Positions 1 to 9,535 of a stretch of DNA of 64,000 nt are shown one piece after another. Each line of letters opens with the position of its first letter. Within the stretch, counting starts at the first letter, position 1. The stretch comes from an uncultured Verrucomicrobiae bacterium (GTDB lineage: Bacteria; Verrucomicrobiota; Verrucomicrobiia; Chthoniobacterales; JAFAMB01), in the NCBI GenBank assembly GCA_963837955.1, contig CAWIPH010000002.1:608001-672000 (forward strand), written 5' to 3'. The translations under genes and the position numbers were made by a program. Under the pieces are notes generated by a model. It searched no databases. It saw only the letters and a list, made by a program, of their open reading frames with translations, and had not been told where the DNA came from.

Positions 1-1
1 T

Positions 2-1204
2 GAGAACTAGTGCGACGGGATCTTCATTGCGAATCGGTGATGGCACCCCGAAGACGATCACATCGATGATTCCAGGCAGCTTGCGGAGGTGTTCTTCTAT
101 GACCGACGGATGGACTTTTTTACCGGCAACGTTGATCGAATCGGACGCACGACCGTAGAGTTGAGCGCCTGATTCCAGCCATCGCACCAGGTCTCCAGGA
201 ACGAAGCGTTTGCCGTCGAGGACCTCAGGCTCTGGATCGGGAAAATAGCCGTCGCCGACATTCGGACCATAAACTTCGATCCGGTCATTCTCTCCACGGC
301 GGATCTCAACCCCATCCATCGGGGTCCCCACAAAGCCTGAGGGAGCATCCAGTTTTCCTGCGCGATCAAACGCTATTCCACCGCACTCTGAAGAGCCGTA
401 GAAACTGTGGATGGGGAGCCTATAACGAAGATGAAATTGCCGAATCGTCTCCGCCGGCAGCGGAGCTCCAGCCGAAATACAAAGCCGAACCGAGCCGAGC
501 GCATCAGGATCATCCAAAGCGCTCAGTGCGTGAAAAATCGCCGGAGTGGCTGGAAGGACGGTCGCTTTGGAGTGTTGCAAGTTCTTGCGAATTGCCCGCG
601 GCAACCGGTCACTGGAGCAGACTAGAGAAGTGCCTTGATAGAGGAGTGGGGTGATCAAGTTGTTGAACCCGTATGAATGAGCGAATGGAATCACTCCGAA
701 ATTGATATCGTCAGGTCGCAGCTCCATGGTTCGACAGATATGGCGGCAATCGGCCAAGAGCTGGTTCGCTCGGAATCGGACCGCTCGGGGTAGCGCGGTG
801 GTTCCGGAGGTCAGCTTAAGAAAGTCGGGACGCGGGTCGATCCAATCGACCGGAGCGAAATCGAGTTGCTCAACGGCGCCTTGGCGAACAATGCCTTGTG
901 CCTGGATTACCTGCAGGATTTTCTCAAGCGCAGAGCTTGCGGCCTCTGGCTCTAGCGGGGCCATAATGAGTTTGAGGTCGAGGCAGGCAAGGAATAATGC
1001 TGGCCAAACCGGCTCATTGCCGACCTGAACAAGCACCACCGATCCTGGCGCAAAGGCTGATGCCAGCCTCTTCCGCCATCCTTGACGTTCCGATTCGATA
1101 TCCGCGAAGGTTCGAATGGTTTGTCCGTCCTCAGAGAAGATTGCTGTCTCAGAACCGCGCGCCTCGAGCACGATCTGCCAGGAAGGTAAGAAACTTGGAT
1201 CCAC
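2..1204 (-). CDS. AMP-binding (ANL superfamily) acyl-CoA synthetase-like enzyme, 3' end runs off the window
   Basis: Missing from the ORF track because it has no stop in the window. Manual translation from GTG at 1204 gives MDPSFLPSWQ...LTSGTTALPRAV (A3 P-loop)...FYGSSECGGI...GRASDSINVAGKKVHPSVIEEHLRKLPGIIDVIVFGVP. Confidence 0.85.
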   Translation of the reverse strand, partial: MDPSFLPSWQIVLEARGSETAIFSEDGQTIRTFADIESERQGWRKRLASAFAPGSVVLVQVGNEPVWPALFLACLDLKLIMAPLEPEAASSALEKILQVIQAQGIVRQGAVEQLDFAPVDWIDPRPDFLKLTSGTTALPRAVRFRANQLLADCRHICRTMELRPDDINFGVIPFAHSYGFNNLITPLLYQGTSLVCSSDRLPRAIRKNLQHSKATVLPATPAIFHALSALDDPDALGSVRLCISAGAPLPAETIRQFHLRYRLPIHSFYGSSECGGIAFDRAGKLDAPSGFVGTPMDGVEIRRGENDRIEVYGPNVGDGYFPDPEPEVLDGKRFVPGDLVRWLESGAQLYGRASDSINVAGKKVHPSVIEEHLRKLPGIIDVIVFGVPSPIRNEDPVALVL

Positions 1205-1246
1205 TTGCGTCAACTGCACACTGTGTTACTCTAAACGTCTTTCGAT

Positions 1247-1471
1247 ATGAAGGCAGACATTCATCCCAACTATCAAGAGACAACGATCGTTTGCGCTTGT
1301 GGCGCGGTGTATCACACTCGATCGACTCGCCGGGATATCAAAATCGGTATCTGTGCCGCTTGCCATCCCTTTTTCACCGGAGAACAGAAGTTTGTCGACA
1401 CTGCTGGACGCGTCGAAAAATTCGCGCGCCGGTACGGTAAGACCCTCCTTTCCAAAGGCAAGGATAAGTAA
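1247..1471 (+). CDS. rpmE: 50S ribosomal protein L31 (zinc-binding C+ type)
   Basis: MKADIHPNY...CACG...[10 protein letters not shown]...[11 protein letters not shown]. Confidence 0.97.
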   Translation: MKADIHPNYQETTIVCACGAVYHTRSTRRDIKIGICAACHPFFTGEQKFVDTAGRVEKFARRYGKTLLSKGKDK

Positions 1472-1513
1472 CGACACGCCTTGGCCTTCGGTCCCTCACG
1501 ACCGTAGGATTTT

Positions 1514-2602
1514 ATGGATTTCGCTCCACTCGTTGAGCAAAAACGGCGTCGGTTTCAGGAATTGGAAACCGAAATCGCGGCTCCGTCGCTCTTTGAAAAT
1601 CCGAAGCGCGCCCGAGAAGTCATGCGTGAGCATTCGCGCGTTAAGCGCTTGCTCGATGACTGGACATCCCTGCAAAAGGCGGAGAAAGAGCTTGAGGAAC
1701 ACCGCGAACTCGCGGCCTCCACTGATCCTGATCTCGCGGAGCTGGCGGCTTCCGAGATTCCGGCTTTAGAGAAAAGAGCGGAGGACCTGGGTAAGACTGT
1801 GCAATTCGCCCTTCTTCCGCCAGAGCCGCATGAAGACCGCGACGCGATTGTGGAGATCCGCGCTGGCGCAGGCGGTAACGAAGCCGCCCTGTTCGCAGCA
1901 GAATTATGCCGAATGTATTGCCGTTTTGCTGAGGCTCGAGGGTATAAGGTTGAAGAATTGGAGAGCAGCCCATCCGAACTCGGCGGTCTCAAGGAAGTAA
2001 TTTTTCGAGTCGGCGGTGAGAACGTCTTCCGCGGGCTTCGGTACGAGAGTGGAGTGCATCGGGTGCAACGTGTCCCAGTGACAGAGGCGCAGGGAAGGGT
2101 TCATACATCAACAGCGACGGTCGCGGTCCTGCCTGAAGCCGAGGAAGTTGATATCGAGATTAGGCCGGAAGATCTCCGAATCGAGGTTTGCCGATCAGGC
2201 GGGCCCGGTGGACAGGGCGTCAACACGACTGATTCGGCTGTTCAGATATTGCATATCCCAACCCATACCATCGTCCGTTGTCAGGACGGCCGAAGTCAGC
2301 AGAAGAACAAAGAAAAGGCGCTCGCTATTTTGCGTTCACGTCTTCTGGAAAAGAAGGAGCAGGAGGAAGCCGAAAAATATTCTGCCCATCGCAAGAGCCT
2401 CATTGGTTCCGGCGGTCGCGAGGAAAAGATTCGGACCTACAATTTTCCGCAAAACCGTGTGACCGATCATCGGATCGGCCTCACCCTTTACAACCTTGAT
2501 CTATTTATTGAGGGCCAAATGGACGAAATGCTTTCGGCGTTGCAAAATAGCGACTTGGAGCAGCGCCTCAAGGAAGCTGGCCTGGAACCGATCCCCGCCT
2601 GA
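1514..2602 (+). CDS. prfA: Peptide chain release factor 1
   Basis: GGQ motif (SGGPGGQGVN), PVT anticodon-mimic motif (RVPVTE), rpmE-prfA-prmC order. Confidence 0.97.
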   Translation: MDFAPLVEQKRRRFQELETEIAAPSLFENPKRAREVMREHSRVKRLLDDWTSLQKAEKELEEHRELAASTDPDLAELAASEIPALEKRAEDLGKTVQFALLPPEPHEDRDAIVEIRAGAGGNEAALFAAELCRMYCRFAEARGYKVEELESSPSELGGLKEVIFRVGGENVFRGLRYESGVHRVQRVPVTEAQGRVHTSTATVAVLPEAEEVDIEIRPEDLRIEVCRSGGPGGQGVNTTDSAVQILHIPTHTIVRCQDGRSQQKNKEKALAILRSRLLEKKEQEEAEKYSAHRKSLIGSGGREEKIRTYNFPQNRVTDHRIGLTLYNLDLFIEGQMDEMLSALQNSDLEQRLKEAGLEPIPA

Positions 2603-2630
2603 AACGACGTAGTCCCCCAAAACCCACAAA

Positions 2631-2645
2631 CTACGGCGGACAAGC
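2631..2645 (-). repeat. Partial copy of the CTTGTCCGCCGTAG repeat unit
   Basis: ctacggcggacaagc is the reverse complement of gcttgtccgccgtag at 5803-5817. Confidence 0.6.
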
Positions 2646-2763
2646 TCAGGAATCGGATTGGTGGGAGAGTGAATAGTGATTGGTATTAGTTGTCACGCGC
2701 GGATTTTCCGATGGACGCCCCACCACTCACCTTTCATTTTTTACCAACCACCTTTGAGTAACG

Positions 2764-3609
2764 GTGACCGTTCTCCAGGTACTGCAAAACACAGCCGATT
2801 TTCTGGCTCGAAAAGGCATCGAGTCACCCCGGCTCAACATCGAATATCTCCTCGCCGATACGCTCGGTAAGCGGCGCATCGATCTCTATCTGGAGTTCGA
2901 CCGAGCGCTATCCGAAGAGGAACTGGCGCCGTTGCGCGTTAAAGTGCGTCGCCGCGTCGACGGAGAACCCTTGCAATACCTCCTCGGTTCTTGGGATTTC
3001 TTCGGCCGGCCTTTCCGGACGGATCAGCGAGCTTTAATTCCCCGGCCGGAGACCGAAATCCTGGTCGAGATCGCGCTGAAGGTAATCCGCCGGCAGCCAA
3101 ACTCACGAAATCGCCTGCTGGATATCGGCACGGGATCGGGGGTCTTGGCGATCACCTTTGCGCTCGAATGCCCGAACCTCCAAGTCGTTGGTTCAGATAT
3201 TTCGCCGTTGGCCCTTAACCTGGCTCGTGAGAACGCCGAGAAGCAACAGCTGGATCATCGAGTTGAGTGGGTCGAATCGGACTTGGTCGACTCGGTCGCG
3301 GGAACTTTCGACTTCTTGGTAGCTAATTTGCCCTACATTCCGTCGGGCGAATTGCCAACGCTCGCGCGTGAGGTCCAGCACGATCCACGATTGGCTTTGG
3401 ATGGAGGAACAGACGGTTTAGCTGTCATCCGCCGACTGTTGCAAGACGCGCCCAAAATTTTGGCGAAAGACTCTTTCCTAATTCTCGAGGTTGGATTTAA
3501 TCAAGCAGACCAGGTAATCGACCTGATGGCTGCACAAAAATTTCGCGACATTTCGGTTGAAAACGATTACCAAGGAGTGCGGCGCTTCGTGACCGCTTGG
3601 TATGGATAA
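2764..3609 (+). CDS. prmC: Release factor glutamine methyltransferase (HemK/PrmC)
   Basis: LIPRPETE, DIGTGSG SAM-binding motif, NLPY motif; follows prfA. Confidence 0.96.
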   Translation: MTVLQVLQNTADFLARKGIESPRLNIEYLLADTLGKRRIDLYLEFDRALSEEELAPLRVKVRRRVDGEPLQYLLGSWDFFGRPFRTDQRALIPRPETEILVEIALKVIRRQPNSRNRLLDIGTGSGVLAITFALECPNLQVVGSDISPLALNLARENAEKQQLDHRVEWVESDLVDSVAGTFDFLVANLPYIPSGELPTLAREVQHDPRLALDGGTDGLAVIRRLLQDAPKILAKDSFLILEVGFNQADQVIDLMAAQKFRDISVENDYQGVRRFVTAWYG

Positions 3610-4861
3610 GATCATCGTGCATGGCGGCCGAGCTTTGGCAGGGACGGTTAAGATTAGCGGATCAAAAAACTCCGCTTTGCCCATCCTGGCCGCAACTTTG
3701 CTGACTAAGGAACCGTGTGTCATCCACCGAGTTCCCGATCTTAGCGACGTGCATTACATGTTGCAGATCCTCAATCATTTGGGTGCTGAGGTAGAAAGAG
3801 CGAGTGGCGTGGTCACGGTGAAAGCAGAAAAGGTGAGCACCGTCGCGCCCTACGACGTAGTTCGAAAGATGCGCGCTTCGGTCTGCGTGCTGGGCCCGCT
3901 TTTGGGAAGAGAAAATGAGGCGACCGTCTCGCTTCCTGGCGGATGCGTGATTGGCGACCGTCCGATCGATCTCCATCTGCGCGGTTTTGAATCTTTGGGA
4001 GCAGCCGTCCGGGTCCACGCAGGAGATGTCAAGGTTTTCGCCTCTCAGCTTCGGGGCGCGAGTATTTCGCTCAAGGGCAAGTTTGGTTCAACCGTGCTCG
4101 GTACCGATAACGTCGTGATGGCGGCGGTTTTAGCCGACGGAGTCACGGTTATACAGGATGCTGCTTCGGAGCCGGAAGTCGTCGATCTCGCGAATTTCCT
4201 CAACAAGATGGGCGCCAAAATCGAAGGTGCTGGCACCTCCAGAATTGTCATTGAAGGCGTGCCGGAGCTACACGGTGCAGAACACGAGGTGATCCCTGAT
4301 CGCATTGAAGCTGGTACATTTTTGATCGCGGGTGCAATCGCCGGCAAGGAGGTAACTATCACCCGAGCCAACCGGCAACACCTTGCCGCGGTTACCTGCG
4401 CGCTTGAATCGTCTGGATACAAGATATCTGGCAACAACGGTTCTTTAACCATTCAACCAAATGGTGTGCTCCGGCCTCTCAGTTTACGAACTGAACCGTA
4501 TCCGGGTTTTCCGACCGATATGCAGGCACAGATGTGTGCCTTGCTCGCCACAGCAGAGGGTGATAGCGCCGTGACCGAAAATATTTTCCCGCAACGGTTC
4601 ATGCACATTTCTGAGCTTAAGCGTATGGGCGCAACGATCGAACTCGATGGCGCGACCGCGAAAATAAGTGGAGTGGAGGTACTGAGTGGCGCCCCTGTGA
4701 TGGCTAGTGATTTACGTGCTTCTGCAGCGCTCGTCTTGGCCGGCCTCAAAGCTGAGGGAATGACCGAGATCAACCGTGTTTATCATATCGATCGCGGCTA
4801 CGAACTGATAGACGAGAAGTTGGGCGGCTTAGGCGCCCACATCGAGCGAGTCAAGGTTTAG
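3602..4861 (+). CDS. murA: UDP-N-acetylglucosamine 1-carboxyvinyltransferase
   Basis: SGSKNSALPI, LPGGCVIGDRPIDLH (catalytic Cys), PGFPTDMQ, DLRASAAL, HIDRGY. Confidence 0.97.
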   Translation: MDKIIVHGGRALAGTVKISGSKNSALPILAATLLTKEPCVIHRVPDLSDVHYMLQILNHLGAEVERASGVVTVKAEKVSTVAPYDVVRKMRASVCVLGPLLGRENEATVSLPGGCVIGDRPIDLHLRGFESLGAAVRVHAGDVKVFASQLRGASISLKGKFGSTVLGTDNVVMAAVLADGVTVIQDAASEPEVVDLANFLNKMGAKIEGAGTSRIVIEGVPELHGAEHEVIPDRIEAGTFLIAGAIAGKEVTITRANRQHLAAVTCALESSGYKISGNNGSLTIQPNGVLRPLSLRTEPYPGFPTDMQAQMCALLATAEGDSAVTENIFPQRFMHISELKRMGATIELDGATAKISGVEVLSGAPVMASDLRASAALVLAGLKAEGMTEINRVYHIDRGYELIDEKLGGLGAHIERVKV

Positions 4862-4883
4862 GGGACCGCAAATCGGACAGAGC

Positions 4884-5702
4884 ATGCTGTCTGAAATTCA
4901 AAATGCCATGCGACTCTTTCTCGGCTTGCTAATGGTTTCCGTGACCGCGTTGCAGATTTGTCCTGCCCAAACCGAGCAATCGATCACCGGTAAATCTGCC
5001 AGCGGGAAAATTGATTGGGAAATTCGGCCGCCAGCGGACAATCGAAGCCAGTCGACCATTTGGCTGTGGCCAAATGGCCAGAAAGATAAGATCGCACAGC
5101 TGGGTGACGCAGATTATGCGTCACCTCAAAATATTGTATTTAGCGCAGATGACGCCTGGATCGTTGTTACGCGTCACCTCAGCAGTGGTAATTATTTTTC
5201 TTTTTACCGGAGAGAATCAGATGGCAGGTACACCGAGGATAAGTCCGCCGAGGATCCCTTTGAGAAAGGCGAAATCGAAAAAGCGGCCACCTCTGAAGAG
5301 ATCGATCGGTCGTCTTTCACGTTCATGCAATGGGCGGACGGCTTTGGTCCATATGGATTCATTTTCGCATTAAGCGCTCGGCTGTCGCGCCGGGGTCCAG
5401 ACAGCTTCTTCATGCAGTTCGGCGGGTGGCGCGGCGTTTTTGATCTGCAAAAGCGCGCGGTAGTAAAGATGTTAGAACCTGGTAAGGTCCGCACCGCCAG
5501 CGAGACTTGGGAAGAGGCGCTGAACGAGGACTATCGCAAACTTCGGGATCTTCTCGATGCGACGGGTAGAGAAGACCTGCGAGCTGAGGAGCGCGCGTGG
5601 TTGAAGAAACGAGATTCAATCAAGAGCGCTCAGGAAAGGGCGGAATTTACAGGTGCACGAGTGAACGAGCTAGAAAATAAGATAAGTAATCTTAAAAAAT
5701 GA
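4884..5702 (+). CDS. Secreted protein with C-terminal LprI/DUF1311-like helical domain
   Basis: Signal-peptide-like N-terminus (possible start at ATG 4908); C-terminal LNEDYRKLRDLL...LRAEERAWLKKRD matches the LprI pattern. Confidence 0.65.
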   Translation: MLSEIQNAMRLFLGLLMVSVTALQICPAQTEQSITGKSASGKIDWEIRPPADNRSQSTIWLWPNGQKDKIAQLGDADYASPQNIVFSADDAWIVVTRHLSSGNYFSFYRRESDGRYTEDKSAEDPFEKGEIEKAATSEEIDRSSFTFMQWADGFGPYGFIFALSARLSRRGPDSFFMQFGGWRGVFDLQKRAVVKMLEPGKVRTASETWEEALNEDYRKLRDLLDATGREDLRAEERAWLKKRDSIKSAQERAEFTGARVNELENKISNLKK

Positions 5703-5796
5703 ATAGCACTGCCTGGACCGAATCATTGGACGGTGGGGATCTGGTTACTACTACCGGCCGCTGTTCGGCTCGTTGATGGGTTAAGGAAGGGCAGTC

Positions 5797-5997
5797 GTCC
5801 CGGCTTGTCCGCCGTAGCCTGGAGATCGCCTTCGCTGTTCGAGCTACGGCGCGAAGGAGGGAGGGACTCAATGAAAGTAGCCCAGTACGAAGTGCTGGGG
5901 TGGCGTTCAAAGGACCGACCCGTCCCGGCCTGTCCGCCGTAGTCAGGATGACGAAGGAGGAACGGGACGATCGATGGCTCTTTACGCTGGTGAAGCT
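5797..5997. repeat. Composite nested REP/REPIN-like element (left arm of the 14.3 kb element with inserted units)
   Basis: Shares gtcccg..gagggactcaa.gaaagtagcccagtacgaagtgctggg...gacccgtcccg..acgggacgatcga.ggct..ttacgctggtgaagctg with 14296-14406, but has extra inserts at 5803-5860 and 5928-5960. Confidence 0.85.
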
Positions 5998-6037
5998 GTC
6001 GCAGTCGGAACGCACCGATTACCGACGCCAAACGGAT

Positions 6038-7444
6038 TTATCGCGAGATCAACGAATCGCGGTCACGATTTCGGATTGAGCCTTTTCTTTCCCCGCGCGA
6101 CTCGCGTCGCAGCGACCGCATCCAGGAACGCACTAACCGCCGCAGGAATCGTCGGTCGTCATGCGAAAGCGCCGCAAGCTGGCGATTCACTCTGGCTTCC
6201 CGCTTCACTCGTTCCAGGCGATGTGGAAGGAAGTCTATGCCAATACCAATCGCACCAGCAGTTCCCAATAAAAAGGCGGCTCCCAAGGCATTGTGACCAT
6301 GCCAGTTAACTAAGAACGCAAGCCAGAAAAACCGGCTGAACGTTCTGAATGCACCATTAACGACTAACTCTGCTACGTCGGAAGCGGTCAGCTGGATCGT
6401 TTCTGGCTCGCGCTCCAGCAGCGCACCAGGCTCTCGTGTGACGGGAGTCCTGTTCTCACCAACCGGCGACAAGGAGCGGGCACCGACCGGCCGATTCGGC
6501 ATGTCGGACGCCGCTTCCAGTGTGTCTGGCTGTTTTGCGTCGTCGGATCCTCGGGCGGCGGGGATGGTGAGCCCGCGCTGTTTCCCAACCGTTTGCGACG
6601 GTTCCGCTGGATCTGAAGCTTTCTCCCAGCGCTCGATTTCCTCTTTCCTCCAGCGCTCGGTATAATCCGCTCGTAAGAGACCTCCAAGGAGCGCCTTCCA
6701 ACGCGCCGGCAGCGCCTCGGGAATTTCTATTTTCCCGCTGGCAACCCGATACAGCTGCTGTTTGACATCCAGGCCTTCCAGCGGTCGTCGGCCCGTCAAT
6801 GCTTCCAGTAATACGGTCCCTAGGCTCCAGTAGTCAGCCGCTTCAGATTGGATCCCTGTCACCGCCTCGGGGGAAGAGTACGCGACCGTGCCAACGGTGC
6901 CGGTTAAAAGTGTCTGATACGCGCCGAGCCGCGCTGTTCCAAAATCTGCCAAGGCAACTTGGAGAGGTGATTCTCGAATGATGAAAATATTTGTAGGCTT
7001 AATATCCCGATGCAAGACGTGCTGGCTGTGCAAATAATGAACAACATCCGAAAGTTGATTGAGGATCACTTCGACTTCTGCCTCCGCGAGTCTTCCGCGG
7101 CGCTGGATGAGATCGGCTAAGGTTCCTCCGGAAACAAAAGGGCTGATCTCAAAGTAGCGTCCTTGAACTTCTCCGGCCTCAATAACGGGAACGAGATTGG
7201 GATGGCGAAGCGCGCATTTCTGGCTCTCCTCAACCAAACCAGGAATTCGGCCGTGCCGATAAATCTTAACTGCTACTTGTTCACCGTTTGCCCGTTCACC
7301 GAGCCAGATATCTGATTCGGCCGAATGGTTACTAATTAACGAGATTAGCCGCGTCTCACCGATCGCGTGAATATCAGGAGGGAGCCTGGCGGAAGAAGGC
7401 TCAATCGGGATAGTCGCTTTGATCGGTGACTCCTGCTCCGGCAT
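6038..7444 (-). CDS. Hanks-type Ser/Thr protein kinase with C-terminal hydrophobic segments
   Basis: VAVK, HRDIKPTN, DFG, YSSPE, DYWSLG motifs; start taken as ATG 7444 (MPEQES); the ORF extends to 7534. Confidence 0.9.
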   Translation of the reverse strand: MPEQESPIKATIPIEPSSARLPPDIHAIGETRLISLISNHSAESDIWLGERANGEQVAVKIYRHGRIPGLVEESQKCALRHPNLVPVIEAGEVQGRYFEISPFVSGGTLADLIQRRGRLAEAEVEVILNQLSDVVHYLHSQHVLHRDIKPTNIFIIRESPLQVALADFGTARLGAYQTLLTGTVGTVAYSSPEAVTGIQSEAADYWSLGTVLLEALTGRRPLEGLDVKQQLYRVASGKIEIPEALPARWKALLGGLLRADYTERWRKEEIERWEKASDPAEPSQTVGKQRGLTIPAARGSDDAKQPDTLEAASDMPNRPVGARSLSPVGENRTPVTREPGALLEREPETIQLTASDVAELVVNGAFRTFSRFFWLAFLVNWHGHNALGAAFLLGTAGAIGIGIDFLPHRLERVKREARVNRQLAALSHDDRRFLRRLVRSWMRSLRRESRGERKGSIRNRDRDSLISR

Positions 7445-7564
7445 GAGAAAAGCTTCTCCAGCGGAGGGAAACTCGTCAACGAACAGTTTCTGGCATCGAG
7501 CACCGCTTGTGTACGCTTGCCGAATGACGCGCATTGTCGCATGCTTGTCCGATCCGATCTGCTA

Positions 7565-8519
7565 ATGAGGAGAAGGCCACGCCACATCCGGGTCCGGTCC
7601 GGTCAATTCGAATTCGTTAAGCTCAATGCCAAGAAGTTCGATTGGCGAGATACCTACCATTTTATCCTGACCCTGAATTGGCCTGGCTTCGCCGGGCTTA
7701 TTCTCGGCATCTACCTCCTTATCAATCTTGTATTTGCCGCGTTGTACATGCTCGATGGACACGCTGTCGCCGAGATGTCGCCCGGCTCGTTTACGGATGC
7801 TTTTTTCTTTAGCGTGGAAACGCTGGCCACCGTTGGCTACGGCCACATGTATCCTGAATCTCTCTATGGCCACGTGATCACGATGCTCGAGATCATGGTG
7901 GGCATGTTCGGGCTGGCGGTGATCACCGGTTTAATTTTTGTGCGCTTTTCCCGTCCCACAGCGCGAATCCATTTCAGTAAAGTCGCGGTCATTGCGCCGT
8001 TCGATGGAGTGCCCAATTTGATGATTCGCGTGGCCAACCTACGCCACCAAGCCATGGTTGAGCCCGAGTTTCGTATGCTGCTGATTCGAACCGCTGTCAC
8101 TGCGGAAGGAGACGACGTGCGACGCTTTCGTTCCCTCAAACTGGAATTTGATCGTATGATCATGTTTCCGGTCGTTTTAACGGTACGGCACCGGATTGAT
8201 GAAACAAGTCCGCTTTTCGGATTGACTCCGGAAGATTTTCATCAACAGGACATCCGCATCGCACTCATCCATTGTTGGCGTCGACTCTGTTATTGTTGCT
8301 CCAGTCCAAAGCTTCTGGGACTACAATCACGATCAGATTGAGTGGAATCGGCGTTTCGTCGAAATCTATGGTCAGAACGAGGAAGGCGATTGGACCGTCG
8401 ATTATGCCCGAATTGACGAGACCGAAGATATCCCTCCGATTGAGAGCCTAGCCAAGGACCTGGAGGAGCAGCCGGTAGGCCGAAACACGACATTGAGTGA
8501 TAGCGAAGTGGGTGTTTGA
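7565..8519 (+). pseudogene. KirBac-type inward-rectifier K+ channel with a +1 frameshift near 8265 (pseudogene or sequence error)
   Basis: AFFFSVETLATVGYG selectivity filter. The C-terminal cytoplasmic domain (SIVGVDSVIVAPVQSFWDYNHDQIEWNRRFVEI...VDYARIDETE) continues in another frame to TGA 8517-8519; total length is 3n+1. Confidence 0.85.
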
Positions 8520-8616
8520 TCCAGACAGTAAGGGCCCGGCAGTCAGGAGACCAAATGCGAGTTTTAGAAGCTAGGAATCGCGGAGAGTGCAACATTCCCC
8601 GAAATTCTCTCTCCTG

Positions 8617-9487
8617 TTAAGATCTTGAATCGTGAACCTCTGAAAGCGCTGGTCCGATCGAGCTTTTGCCGGTCTTCGAAGCGAAGATGCTGCGGATCAA
8701 TGAAGTCGAAAGAACGATAGCCCCACCGATTAGCGCCCAGGTGGAAACGCGCTCGTGGGTGACGATCAACACCCATATCGGATTCAAAATTGGTTCAATA
8801 AAGCTGATAATGGCCGCGTCGAGTGCCCGGACATGCCGGATCGCGGCCGAATAGGTGAGATAGGGGATAGTGAGTTGAACGATGCCCAGAGCTAGCAACC
8901 ATGGAAAATTTCGATTTAAATTTTCCATGGGAAACATGGCTGGTGCTGCAACTATCAGCGTGAGCAGATTGCCCAGCAGTACAACAGCTTCCGGCGAACC
9001 ATCCCGCTCCCGCCGCAGCGCGATTGCCAACAGGGCGTAGGAAACGCCGCTCCCGAGCGCGAGCACGACTCCAATCGTGCCGTTGATGCTGAGCTTATCA
9101 AAGAAAAAAAGGAGGATGCCGCCGAGGCCTAGGGAAATCAGAACCCAATCAAATCTGGTAGCGCGTTCCCGCAAGAGCCACGGTCCGAGCAACGCAATGT
9201 AGATCGGAGCTGTGTACTGAAGGAAAATGGCGTTTGCTGCGGTCGTGAGCTTTGTCGCTAGAACAAATAAGGTGACAGTCGTCGGTATAAGCGAGAGCTC
9301 CGGGCAACGCCTTCCAAGAGATCTTTCGCCAAAGCGACGGGAAGAAAGTTCCCAGCACCACGACCGCGATCGCGCTGCGACCGCCCGAAATCGCTAAAGG
9401 ATTCCAGTCGATCGATTTGATAAGAACACCACCAAGCGACCAGAGGACTGCGGTGACAATCAGCAGCAGAACGTGACGATTCATCAT
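8617..9487 (-). pseudogene. EamA/DMT-family transporter with a +1 frameshift near 9284 (pseudogene or sequence error)
   Basis: ORF 9149-9487 (LWSLGGVLIK) joins ORF 8617-9192 through the frame ..VTLFVLATKLTTAANAIFLQYTAPIYIALLGPWLLRE..; total length is 3n+1. Confidence 0.85.
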
Positions 9488-9535
9488 TGTGAGCGGCAGA
9501 GAGTGGGCCGCTTTCCTGCCTCCGAGTGCTCGAGG

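Noticed and set aside
5723..6031. ORFs 5723-6031, 5733-5942 and 5692-6015
   Set aside because: They are translations of the nested repeat element. The same peptide (PALRTGLL) appears from the 14.3 kb copy.
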